This document shows, piece after piece, positions 13,701 through 24,759 of a stretch of DNA of 64,000 bases. The notes under the pieces are model-generated. The model was given only the letters and a program-made list of their open reading frames with translations, did not search any database and was not told the DNA's origin. How positions within the stretch are numbered: position 1 is the stretch's first letter; each line of letters starts with the position of its first letter. Made by a program: the position numbers and the translations under genes. This DNA comes from Dendrobates tinctorius (Eukaryota). Location: positions 5,270,001 to 5,334,000 of the forward strand of contig NW_027361709.1 in the NCBI RefSeq assembly GCF_039654945.1, written 5' to 3'.

Positions 13701-15200
13701 CGCACCTAATGGGTTAATAAACTTCTTGAATGTGGTTTTGAGCACCTTAAGGGGTTCAGTTTTTAGAATGGTGTCACTTTTGGGTATTTTCTATCATATA
13801 GACCCCTCAAAGTGGCTTCAAATGTGATGTGGTCCTAAAAATAAAATGGTGTTGTAAAAATGAGAAATCGCTGGTCAACTTTTAACCCTTATAACTTCCT
13901 AACAAAAAAAAATTTTGGTTCCAAAATTGTGCTGATGTAAAGTAAACATGTGGGAAATGTTACTTATCAAGTTTTTTGTGTGCCGTATTTCTGTGATTTA
14001 AGGGCATAAAAATTCAAATTTGGAAAATTGCGAAATTTTCAAAATTTTTGCCAAATTTCCATTTTTTTCACAAATAAACGCAAGTTATTTGAATGAAATT
14101 TTACCACTAACATGAAGTACAATATGTCACGAGAAAACAATGTCAGAATCACTGGGATCAATGGAAGCGTTCCAGAGTTATGACCTCATAAAGGTACAGT
14201 GGTCAGAATTGTAAAAATTGGCCCGGTCATGAACGTGCAAACCACCCTTGGGGGTGAAGGGGTTAAAAGTTGTCTTTTTCATTGAATTTTATTTATTTTC
14301 AACAGTAAACGTAAGAAAGCGTTTATCTCTTTCGGGATTAAACTCCTAGAGATAACCACCCAGCGCTGGCCCACAATCCTATTAGCTCCTCCACAAATCC
14401 CGCACGAGGCCTCATCTCCCAGAATTAATTTCATTGTTCTATTAGGTAGATACATTTCCGGATAAGATCTATCTTCAAAAGGGAAAGCACTGTCAGCTCA
14501 ACCAGCTGGAAATACATTACCGAGCCCGATTTCAAAGGGCCTAATCCTGCGTGTGCACGTCTCCGAACCTCTCTGATTAGACTCGCAGCTTCTTTTTAAT
14601 CACAACGCACTTCAAGAGTTTGGTTACTGTCCGCAGCGCCGGTGCCGACAGGAAAGCAATTACGGCAATTAAAAAGACTGGATTTCAAGCGACTCAACGT
14701 TTGCGGGAATTACTTCCAAAAATTTACAGCCACATCAAAACGAGGACTGCGGCGGCTGCCAGCGCTTAATGATGAAAGCAGGTTTGGGGTTTTTTGTTTT
14801 TTTTTGCCTTCCAGAAATTATGATTGGGCAACCATCAGCGAATATTACAAAATCACAGGAAATATAAGTTCTCGAGTCGTCCTCTGTTGTCAGGTTGTTA
14901 AAAAGTTATATCAGGGTGTGAGAACGCCAATATGGCAGCCGTTATAACCCCCCTGGGATTGTCCTACCGCACCCCCAGACCGCTGAAAGTCAGGTCTAAT
15001 ATCGCCATCAGATGTGGAGGCATCGAGTCCATCAATACAGGAGCTGCTCATTACAGGGTGGGCAACACATGGGGGTCCTAAGCAAGACCAATACCCTCTA
15101 GGATTCCTATATGCCCTGGCAGGTCGCATGGGACAGGGAGAGATGGGCTGGAAAGGAGTTTTATGATTTTTGAAACAAAAAGGTTATAAACTGATCAATA

Positions 15201-15510
15201 NNNNNNNNNNNNNNNNNNNNNNNNNNNNNNNNNNNNNNNNNNNNNNNNNNNNNNNNNNNNNNNNNNNNNNNNNNNNNNNNNNNNNNNNNNNNNNNNNNNN
15301 NNNNNNNNNNNNNNNNNNNNNNNNNNNNNNNNNNNNNNNNNNNNNNNNNNNNNNNNNNNNNNNNNNNNNNNNNNNNNNNNNNNNNNNNNNNNNNNNNNNN
15401 NNNNNNNNNNNNNNNNNNNNNNNNNNNNNNNNNNNNNNNNNNNNNNNNNNNNNNNNNNNNNNNNNNNNNNNNNNNNNNNNNNNNNNNNNNNNNNNNNNNN
15501 NNNNNNNNNN
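15201..15510. other. Assembly gap (310 N)
   Basis: Run of n characters. Confidence 1.
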
Positions 15511-15808
15511 AGGACGCCGATATCGGCGCGCACCTGCATGAATAGAATTGGGTGAGTCATAATAATCTTTATTTTTATTTTTTTGAAAATGATTTATAAT
15601 AAACAGATGTGACAATGACCAATTAACAGTTGATGTGATGCTGTAACACACTGTCCATATGTATCTTACTGCACTTTATTTCACTTTTGTCCTGATGATG
15701 TATGCGCTTTATGTATGTCGCCCATTTATGAGCTGTCATACCCTCCCATACGTAATTATTGTTAAGCACTCTCAATTATTTGTATGCTATAAATATCTCA
15801 TTTGTGCA

Positions 15809-15862
15809 CCCATGGATTGCTTGAAAAAGGCTCAGTGTGAGCCAAAACGTCGCCGTGATGGG
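15809..15862 (+). ncRNA. Degenerate hammerhead-like motif of a probable Penelope-like element remnant
   Basis: CCCAT..GC-TTGAAAA-A-GGCTC-agtgt-GAGCC-AAAA-CGTC-GC..ATGGG: perfect stem II, palindromic ACGT, variant or mutated core, followed by ATTAAA. Confidence 0.4.
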
Positions 15863-16065
15863 CTATTAAACCGAAGCACCTATATTTTTTCACTTTGAAT
15901 GATGTGCTGCCTCCATTTTTTTAATAGATAAAGTATTTGATCCCTTACTGGTTTTGTAAGTTTGCCCACTGACAAAGACATGAACAGTCTATAAAGTTAA
16001 GGGCAGGTTAATTTTAACATTGAGAGATAGAATATCAAAAATAAAATCCAGAAAATCACATTGTA

Positions 16066-18567
16066 CAGTTGTGGCCAAAAGTATTGACACCCCTGCAATT
16101 CTGTCAGATAATACTCAGTTTCTTCCTGAAAATGATTGCAAACACAAATTCTTTGGTATTATTATCTTCATTTAATTTGCCTTAAATTAAAAAAAAACAC
16201 AAAAGAGAATGAAGCAAAAAGCAAAACATTGATCATTTCACACACAACTCCAAAAATGGGCCAGACAAAAGTATTGGCACCCTCAGCCTAATACTTGGTT
16301 GCACAACCTTTAGCCAAAATAACTGCGACCAACCGCTTCCGGTAACCATCAGTGAGTTTCTTACAATGCTCTGCTGGAATTTTAGACCATTCTTCTTTGG
16401 CAAACTGCTCCAGGTCCCTGATATTAGAAGGGTGCCTTCTCCAAAGTGCCATTTTTAGATCTCTCCACAGGTGTTCTATGGGACTCAGGTCTGGACTCAT
16501 TGCTGGCCACCTTAGAAGTCTCCAGTGCTTTCTCTCAAACCATTTTCTAGTGCTTTTTGAAGTGTGTTTTGGGTCATTGTCCTGCTGGAAGACCCATGAC
16601 CTCTGAGGGAGACCCAGCTTTCTCACACTGGGCCCTACATTATGCTGCAAAATTTGTTGGTAGTCTTCAGACTTCATATGCCATGCACACGGTCAAGCAG
16701 TCCAGTGCCAGAGGCAGCAAAGCAACCCCAAAACGGAACCTCCGCCATGTTTGACTGTAGGGACCGTGTTCTTTTCTTTGAATGCCTCTTTTTTCTCCTG
16801 TAAACTCTATGTTGATGCCTTTGCCCAAAAAGCTCTACTTTTGTCTCATCTGACCAGAGAACATTCTTCCAAAACGTTTCAGGCTTTTTCAGGTAAGTTT
16901 TGGCAAACTCCAGCCTGGCTTTTTTTTATCTCTTGGGGTAAGAAGTGGGGTCTTCCTGGGTCTCCTACCATACAGTCCCTTTTCATTCAGACGCCGACGG
17001 ATAGTACGGGTTGACACTGTTGTACCCTCGGACTGCAGGGCAGCTTGAACTTGTTTGGATGTTAGTCGAGGTTCTTTATCCAACATCCGCTGTTATGAAT
17101 GGGTCACCGAGGAGAAAAAAAACAACACAAGTTAAGTCTCAGAAAACCAGAGAGGTTGGTAACTATGCAGATTGTAGATCCCTGATCTTAACCACACAAC
17201 TAGCAGCAGTCGTGGAGCGTACCCACGATGGTCCTAGACGCCTCGTCACAACCGGAGAGCTAAATAAGCCTAAAGCAGGAAGAGAGGAAAACTAACTCCC
17301 CCAGAGCAGACCCAAAAGGAAAGACAGCCCCCCACATGTATTGACAGTGAAACAAGATGAAAACACAAACAAAGGCAGGAAAATAGGCTGAGCAAACGAT
17401 GGGGCCAAACTAACTTGAAAGGACAAGAAAGGAAAGACACTGTCTGCAATCTGCCAAAAACCCTACCAAAATAATGTCCAACACTTCTGATAACAAAATT
17501 AACCCTGAAGTCACTAGACTTCTCCCACTATATCAGCACTCTGAAATATTCTGAGACAGAGAAAAAAGAGGCCGAACTAGTAAGGGACAAAAAAGGCAAA
17601 TTGGCAAAAACAGATAAATAAGAGTGGAAATTCAGCACAGCCTCAGCCGGGGCTGGCTGACCACACAAAAACTGAGTTGACCAACAAGAGCAGGTGTGAA
17701 CATTAGCAAAAAACAAACTTAACTTGAGAAGACTGGAACAGAGCTGAAGTCCAGGACCTGAGAAGCAGACTGAATCACCAGCACCAGGATAGGGCGTCGG
17801 CTGTCTTATATCCAGTCTGATACTCCAGAGATCCAATCATTGTCCTCATCAGGTTGCAGATCACTACCAATTAAACCAACCTCACTAACTCTTGTCACCA
17901 CCAGAGGGAGAACGGAAGGAGAACTCTCCACTGGTGGAGCAGAAAATGAGTTCACAACAATCCGCACAATCTTGCGTTGAAATCTCTTGTCAATTTTTCT
18001 TTTCCGTCCACATCTAGGGAGGTTAGCCACAGTGCCATGGGCTTTAAACTTCTTGATGACACTGCGCACGGTAGACACAGGAACATTCAGGTCTTTGGAG
18101 ATGGACTTGTAGCCTTGAGATTGCTCATGCTTCCTCACAATTTGGTTTCTCAAGTCCTCAGACAGTTCTTTGGTCTCCTTTCTTTTCTCCATGCTCAATG
18201 TGGTACACACAAGGACACAGGACAGAGGTTGAGTCAACTTTAATCCATGTCAACTGGCTGCAAGTGTGATTTAGTTATTGCCAACACCTGTTAGGTGCCA
18301 CAGGTAAGTTACAGGTGCTGTTAATTACACAAATTAGAGAAGCATCACATGATTTTTCGAACAGTGCCAATACTTTTGTCCACCCTCTTTTTTATGTTTG
18401 GTGTGGAATTATATCCAATTTGGCTTTAGGACAATTCTTTTTGTGTTTTTTCATTTAAGACAAATTAAATGAAGATAATAATACCAAAGAATTTGTGTTT
18501 GCAATCATTTTCAGGAAGAAACTGAGTATTATCTGACAGAATTGCAAGGGTGTCAATACCACAACTG
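16066..18567 (-). mobile_element. Inner Tc1 (DD34E) transposon inserted into the left TIR of the outer Tc1
   Basis: TA|CAGTTGTGGCCAAAAGTATTGACACCC...GGGTGTCAATACCACAACTG|TA; peptides MEKRKETKELSEDLRNQIV and FQQDNDPKH..SPDLSPIE (34 residues between D and E); frameshifted. Confidence 0.93.
17091..17959. mobile_element. Solo LTR (869 bp) inserted in the inner Tc1 transposase ORF
   Basis: TGTTATGAA...TTCACAACA termini; ATCCGC duplicated at 17085-17090 and 17960-17965; removing it restores ...KIVR-MLDKEPRL. Confidence 0.88.
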
Positions 18568-18641
18568 TATAAATTATATAAATTTATTTGCATTTTGCAG
18601 TGAAAAATAAGTATTTGATCCCTCTGGCAAACAAGACTTAA

Positions 18642-20211
18642 CCCCTTAGTGATGGAGCCAATATGGTACTTAATGACTAAGTCAGTTTTTACAATTCTGA
18701 CCACTGTCACTTTATGAGGTTATAGCTCTGGAACGCTTCAACGGATCCCGATGATTCTGAGAATGTTTTTTTCGTGACACAACGTACTTTATGTTAGTGG
18801 TAAAATTTCTTCGCTATGACTCATGTTTATGAAAAGAAAAAAAATTTGGCAAAAATTTTGAAAATTTAGCTATTTTCAAACTGTACCCTTAAATCAGCGA
18901 GAGGCGTCACACAAAATAGCTAATAAATAACATATCCTACATGTCAACTTCACATCAGCACAATTTTGGAAACATAATTTTTGTTAGCTATTTCTCATTT
19001 TTCCAACAAAATTTACAAAACCATTTTTTTAGGGACCACCTCACATTTGAAGTGAGTTTGGGGGGTCAATATAACACAAAATACCCAAAAGTGACTCCAT
19101 TTTAAAAATTGCACCCCCTCAAGGTGCTCAAAACTACATTCAAGAAGTTTATTAACCTTTCAGGTGCTTCACGAGAACTAAATCAATGTGGAAGGAAATA
19201 ATGAACATTTTACTTTTTTCACAAGAAATTTACTTTGGAACCAATTTTTTCTTATTTTCACAAGGCTAACAGGAGAAAATGGACCACAAGAATTGTTGTG
19301 CAATTTCTCCTGAGTACACCGATACCCCATTTGTGGGGGAAGCCACTGTTTGGCAGCCTGGCAGGGATCAGAAGAGAGGGAGCACCATTTGACTTTTTGA
19401 ACGCAAAATTGGCTGGAATCAATGGTGGCGCCATGTCGCGTTTGGAGACCCACTGATGTACCTAAACAGTGGAAACCCCCCCAATTCTATTTCAAATCCT
19501 AACCCCAACACACCCCTAACCCCAACTTTAACACATACCTAACCCTAATCCCAACCCTAACCCTAGGCCACCCCTAACCCTACCTTTAGCCCAACATTAA
19601 CCCCAACCCTAACTTTAGCCCAACTCTAAACCTAATGGAAAAATGGAAATAAATACATAATTTTTATTTTATTTTTTTTTTTACCTAACTAAGGGGGTGA
19701 TAAAGGGGAGTTTGATTTACTATTTTTTTTACTTTGATCACTGTGATAGGGTCTATCACAATGATCAAAATCAACCAATAGTTAAAATTTCCTATTGTTG
19801 CCGGGTGCCGGCTGGCAGATCTCAGCAGGCGCACTGCCCATGTGCCCGCTATTTTCTTCCCGGAAGAAGACGCCGGCGGGCGGGGGGACTTCACGGGGGG
19901 GACCCCATTTCTCTCTCTTCTGATGTGCGATCACATCAGAGAAGAGAGAAATTAAATGGGAAATCGGACTTTTTTTTTTTTGCGGTCGCTGTTATTCCGT
20001 TAATAACAGCGACTGCAACACTGGGGTTGGTAAAACCGATCCGAATCATGTTGTCTGGGGTCTCAGCTACCCCCAGTAGCCGAGGCCCCGGAGAAATTCC
20101 GACCCTGGGGGGCGCTATACACTTATTTCTCAGTGCCGTTAAAAAGCGGCGCTCAGGCATAACTACCCTTAACTGCCGCCGTTAAAAGGCGTATCGGCGG
20201 TCGTTAAGGAG
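18642..20211. mobile_element. TTAA-flanked piggyBac-like non-autonomous element inserted at the outer Tc1 stop codon
   Basis: TTAA|CCCCTTA...TAAGGAG|TTAA; carries a (CCCTAA)-like tract at ~19497-19635; homologous, in reverse orientation, to 9129-14262. Confidence 0.85.
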
Positions 20212-21206
20212 TTAATACTTGGTGGCAAAACCCTTGTTGGCAAGCACAGCAGTCAGACTTTTTTTTAGCTGATGATGAGGTTTGTGCACATGTCAGGAGG
20301 AATTTTGCTCCACTCCTCTTTGCAGATCATCTCTAAATCATTAAGATTTTGAGGCTGTCGCTTGGCAACTCAGAGCTTCACCTCCCTCCATAAGTTTTCT
20401 ATGGGATTAAGGTCTGGAGACTGGCTAGGCCACTCCATGACCTTAATATGCTTCTTTTTGAGCCACTCCTTTGTTGCCTTGGCTGTATGTTGTTGGTCAT
20501 TGTCTTGCTAGAAGACCCATTTTTAATGTCCTAGTGGAAGGAAGGAGGTTGTCACTCAGGATTTTACAGTACATGTCTCCATCCATTCTCCCATTGATGC
20601 GGTGAAGTAGTCCTGTGCCCTTAGCAGAGAAACACCCCAAAACATAATGTTTCCACCTCCATGCTTTACAGTGGGGACGGTGTTCTTTAGGTTATAGGCA
20701 TCATTTCTCTTCCTCCAAACACGGCGAGTTGAGTTAATGCCAAAGACCTCAATTTTTGTCTCATCTGACCACAGGACGTTCTCCCAATCACTCACAGAAT
20801 CATCCAGGTGTTCATTGGCAAACTTCAGACGGGCCTGCACATGTGCCTTCTAGAGCAGGGGGGCCTTGAAGGCACTGCAGGATTTTAAACCTTTACGGCG
20901 TAATGTGTTACCAATGGTTTTCTTGGTGACCTTGAGATCATTAACAAGTTACCCCCATGTAGTTTTAGGCTGATCTCTCAACTTCCTCATGATCAAGGAT
21001 AGCCCACGAGGTGAGATTTTGCATGGTGCCCCAGATCGATGTCCATTGACAGTCATTTTATATTTCTTCCATTTTCTTACTATTGCACCTACAGTTGTCT
21101 CCTTCTCACACAGCGTCTTACTTATGGTTTTGTAGCCCATTCCAGCTTTGTGCAGGTCTATGATCTTGTCCCTGACATCCTTAGAAAGCTCTTTGGTCTT
21201 GTCCAT
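20212..21206 (-). pseudogene. Tc1 transposase pseudogene of the outer element
   Basis: Fragments in ORFs 20949-21206 and 20556-20840; ends ...ATKY* at the TTAA. Confidence 0.85.
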
Positions 21207-24122
21207 GTTGTAGAGGTTAGAGTCTGACTGAGTAATTGAGTCTGTGGACAGGAGTCTTTTATAAAGGTGACTATGTAAGACAGCTGTCTTAATGCAGGTA
21301 ACGAGTGGATTAGGAGCGTCTAACTGGTCTGTAGGAGCCAGAACTCATAATGGTTGGTAGGGGATCAAATACTTATTTCTCACTGCAAAATGCAAATAAA
21401 TTTATATAATTTATCCAATGTGATTTTCTGGATTTTATTTTTGATATTCGATCTCCCAATGTTAAAATTAACCTACTCTTGAAATTATAGACTGTCCATG
21501 TCTTTGACAGTGGGCAAACTTACAAAATCACCAAAGGATCAAATAATTATTTCCCTCACTGTAGATGATAGATAGATAAATTCTACTCTCTCTCTACTTC
21601 TTCCTTGTAAGATGATGATGTGGCCTTCTGACGATCATCCATGTAAATATTAATCATGTTAAAGAAATGGTAGGAAAAAAAAAAAAAAGACACCTTAGTT
21701 TCTGTGCTCGTTCATCCTCCCCCGGCAGCTGCTGCTACAATATGGGTCACTGAGACAAGACAGGTGAGAAATATGTATTCGCACAGCCGGCGCCGCCATC
21801 CGGGCATCTGACGCTGTATAATTCCTGCTAGCCGAGCTAGGGTAAGTGATAATTACATGAAGGCTAATAACATTTAAGAAAGGAATAAGATTATCTCTAG
21901 CAGCAGCAATTAATTTTTCAGATCAAGGTTGGAGGAGGAGGGGGGCACTGACAGGCAGGAAGATGTGGGCATCCTTTGTGCAAGCGGAGCTCCGGGTGTC
22001 CCCTTCCTTGCAGGTTGCTGGTGACATGACTAAGTGACGGCTTCGTCCTGGTAATGTCAGCATTTTTTTTCAAATACAAAATAAAAGTCAGAAAGTAGAA
22101 GAGAGCGTTGTCTGCAATCACTCAGTCACTGTTGTATCTCCATCTATGAGGTTAAACTTGCGTGATCAGAGTTCTCTCCAATCCCGGCATTCACAGGTAG
22201 GTGCCGGCTGAACGGCAGTCAGCTCCAGCTTTTGGGCCTAGAAGACCCTATGACGGTCAAGGGAAATGGACCACTAGAGTTCATCCTAGACGGACGGGAA
22301 CCACGAGAACCGCTTCTTACATTTTGGCTGTTCTTTTGATTAGCTAGCCTGAAACCAGATCATCATTGCGCCAGGCAGGCTAATCAATAGAAAGAGGTGC
22401 TGGGCGGATCTCAGGGCTCGCGTCCAGCGACCACAGATTACTGATTAGTCCGTTGGACTGGGTCCTGAAAATCGATTTGGTCATCTGTTAAGACCCCTTA
22501 AATTTATTGACTACCCCCTTTGAAAGGTTAGACCTGACATTACCTGCCTTGATCGACTGTCGATGTTAAATAAATGTAGGGGAATCTTTGGGACCCAAAT
22601 ACATCAACCACAGAGACTGCAAAGAGCGGCCCCTGCAGCGGCGTGCTTGGTACTACATAGATCTCCAGGAATGGGAACTGTACTACATCTGTAAGGGCAT
22701 GCTGGGATTTGTAGTTTCACAACAGCTGGCATGCTACAGCTTCAGGTGTTCGGAGAAGGTCAGCTCATAGTCCAGAAATATTCCAATTTTCATATACAGA
22801 GCAGACAGAAAATAACTTACCCCAACCGAGCAGAGACGACATTGGAATAGGCCCACCTCCACCCATGCAGATATTTATTACTGTAACACAGTGCTGGGGC
22901 CATCGGGGATTGATCATACCGTAATTCAGCTTGTCACCGCCCTGGCGTGTTTGTCTTTATAATAAATCCAAGGAACAGAGTAATGATGGAGAGACCCAAT
23001 CAACAAGGGGACGCAGCACAGAGGCTGCATGTTAATATCTCTCAGGGCCGGAGGCTGCAGCAAATACAAATCCAAATAAAATGAAGCATTTACCAGAGCG
23101 GCGCTCGTCCCCATCATCGCTAAATCCTTTTATAATATTTATGTCTTCGGGAGCAGAGACTGAGATTAGCCACAAACCAGAAAGCAAAAAGAAGAAGGAT
23201 CATTTTTAAATAAGAACTGGTGCATCCGTAATTGTGTTTTACAGCCAATTAAATGGAGGGTGGAGAAGGTGAAGTTCTGATACAAAAAAATAAGGCAGCA
23301 GTTCAATAAGAGGGGTAATGGTATTGTCAAGAGCGAAGAAAAAAGAAATTCAAAATTCTCTCAAGTTCACACACACAAAAAAATTAAATTAAATTTATAA
23401 AAAATAAAATAAAATGTAATTTTTATTATAACCAGCAGGTGTCCTCGTAATCACAGTAAAAGTTCAGTGGTGACACCTTGTGGACTACAGAGGTTACTAC
23501 AGTAAATCACAAGTGTGCAATAAATGGAATAAAGGCCCCATATACAACACAGTAAAGTCAGCTAAGTGTGCTAATGTCTGCATGATCATCTGGCCAACTA
23601 ATGTGTATGGGGCCTCCTAACTCTGTCCCAACAGATGACATCAGCAGTGGCCAGAGGCGTTCGACAACCGCTTTATCCCCCATCCTCACAAGAAACCCAC
23701 AAACACTGGGCCGAGATGAGCGTTTATGTGCACGAGGGAGTTGAGAGTCACCAATCCTGAGAATTAATAAGTTAATTCAGTGCTGCGGTCTTGTCTTATC
23801 GCAGCGCCCCAGCCACTCGACCGTGTAGCCAAAAAAAGCATCTTTCACGGCAGGTAGTCAGAAAAAAATAGGAGTAAGCACCGAGCTAACCAGCGCTGCA
23901 TCCCCTTTTATTTATGGCATTAGTGGTCCCAGAGGTCGGCCCCCATGATTATAAAGCGATGGCTTATCAGCGGAATATGCCATAACTTTAGATGATGGGA
24001 GTTTCCATCTATCTAGGAGTCAGCTGTGCACAGCTGCCTCTTATATGATGGGCCGATGCGGCATCTCCACCTGCCTGTCTGTACCTCTGACCTTTTTGCT
24101 GGCACACACAATTCTCACTCAC

Positions 24123-24267
24123 CAGGTGATCGGCCCTCCTGCGCTCCTGGTTTGTGTAGTTCTTCTCACGAAGGACAGCAGAGCTGTACTGCTCCTGAGC
24201 TGCCTCGCGCTCTCTCTTGGCAATACGGGCCAGTTCCTCCTGGATGATGGCTTGTTCCTTCTCATAT
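24123..24267 (-). CDS. CHCHD6: CHCHD6 coding exon 4
   Basis: cag|RYEKEQAIIQEELARIAKREREAAQEQ...RRADHL|gtgagt. Confidence 0.9.
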
Positions 24268-24711
24268 CTGCAAAGGACACAAAATTTAAAGATCGCTCCA
24301 AAATGTAGGAATAGAAATACCCACATGGTGGATGGCAAATAAAACATTTGCCCCTGCAGACCTGACGCCGTGTGTGCACTGCAGGAGAAATACTGGAAGA
24401 GTCTGGCAAGCAAGGTCGGCACACAAGAGCCTTAGCTAATTATTAGGAGTCTAGTCTGGGGTCTAAATTAATTTTCAGGGTCTCATTTAATTTTCAGAGT
24501 CTGGTCAGAGACACATACTATCTGCAGGATTTTCACTCTTTTTTGTCTGCATCTTTCAAAGAATAACCCCTGATGAACCTATTTTCCAGAGGCGAAACGC
24601 GTCGAGATGCATCATGTGGACTGATGAGTATCCGACGACACATGTGGTTCTTTATGGTTTTTCTGGTTTCTTGATCTTGAATGAATAATTAGAAAATATA
24701 TATATATATAT

Positions 24712-24759
<48 letters not shown>

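Larger units (their letters stand above)
9129..14262. mobile_element. Large non-autonomous TTAA-flanked (piggyBac-like) DNA element with internal tandem repeats
   Basis: TTAA|CCCCTTC...GAAGGGG|TTAA (TTAA at 9125-9128 and 14263-14266); no transposase ORF; its right part is the reverse complement of the left part of the 18642-20211 element. Confidence 0.8.
15929..21561 (-). mobile_element. Outer Tc1 transposon (defective), interrupted by nested insertions
   Basis: Long inverted repeats (15929-16065 plus 18568-~18625 versus ~21360-21561, ending ...CCCTCACTG|TA); transposase fragments [22 protein letters not shown] and [19 protein letters not shown], with frameshifts. Confidence 0.9.

Noticed and set aside
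15170-15651. ORFs spanning the N-run
   Set aside because: Artefacts of the assembly gap.
1-24122. Further CHCHD6 exons (exon 5 onward, CHCH domain)
   Set aside because: I could not find a matching exon by eye; they probably lie beyond the left edge, though a short exon could have been missed.
24621-24645. Second CTGATGA next to the hammerhead motif (another at ~45091)
   Set aside because: Not followed by a stem and GAAA, so the core is incomplete.
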